Assembly (NCBI GenBank): GCA_022813965.1
Contig: JALDZS010000001.1
Location: forward strand, 186,001-250,000
Length of the DNA: 64,000 nucleotides
Direction: 5' to 3'
Origin: Toensbergia leucococca
Lineage: Eukaryota
Position numbers and translations under genes: made by a program. The notes beneath the pieces are model-generated. The model was not told the origin of the DNA and searched no databases. It was given only the letters and a program-made list of their open reading frames with translations. Below are positions 63,711 to 64,000 of the stretch, piece after piece. Every line of letters starts with the position of its first letter. The first letter of the stretch is position 1.

Positions 63711-64000
63711 TCACCTACCCTGTCTCAACGGCCACGCATCCCAAAAAATCCCAGAGAACCCCTTCCCCATACGAGCCACACCAAACGCATACATACCATC
63801 CGTTATCTCACCAACAAGCCTTGTACTCGTAGTTGAACCCAACCCGCTCTTCCGCTTCATCCGTGAATGGAATGAGGTCGGACTCAATTTCGAACGACAC
63901 ATGCGGAACTGGTATTCTGACAGGATCGTTGGAGTGGAAAGAGCAAGTTGAGAGCAAGCTGAGAACGGGGTGGAAGGGGGAAAGTGGGAAGATAGAAGGA
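63711..64000 (-). CDS. Probable 3' end of an unidentified protein (5' end outside window)
   Basis: Frame is open from the window edge (LLSSHFPPSTPF...EYQFRMCRSKLSP...GMYAFGVARMGKGFSGIFWDAWPLRQGR*). Family not recognised. Confidence 0.5.
   Translation of the reverse strand, partial: LLSSHFPPSTPFSACSQLALSTPTILSEYQFRMCRSKLSPTSFHSRMKRKSGLGSTTSTRLVGEITDGMYAFGVARMGKGFSGIFWDAWPLRQGR

Overview
Eukaryotic, intron-containing DNA from a filamentous ascomycete (Pezizomycotina; the exact taxon cannot be fixed from sequence alone). The first ~8.4 kb look like an accessory or decay zone. It holds the 3' part of an unknown gene, a decayed RSA4/Notchless WD40 copy directly abutting a decayed HET-domain gene, a 461-bp hAT-type MITE (19-bp TIRs, 8-bp TSD), a frameshifted single-pass membrane protein gene and a DUF6536-like membrane protein. 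From ~9 kb to ~61 kb is a dense housekeeping block: ILV3, PKA catalytic subunit, NFKBIL1-like, SIN1/AVO1, NSRP1/CCDC55, PRCC, an orphan repeat-containing gene, midasin (MDN1/REA1, ~15 kb), a CLC transporter, PRO3, CTK3, mitochondrial L12, neurochondrin, ATX2-like ZIP, HAT1, PDA1, a small membrane protein and velC. Not shown by the ORF track are the HET-Rsa4 junction, a diverged ~0.55-kb inverted duplication bracketing a 14-kb gene block, a recurrent TACGGAGTA promoter motif and repeated C-rich-to-G-rich skew switches. Gene calls come from recognised protein motifs and hand-placed GT-AG introns; no database search was run.
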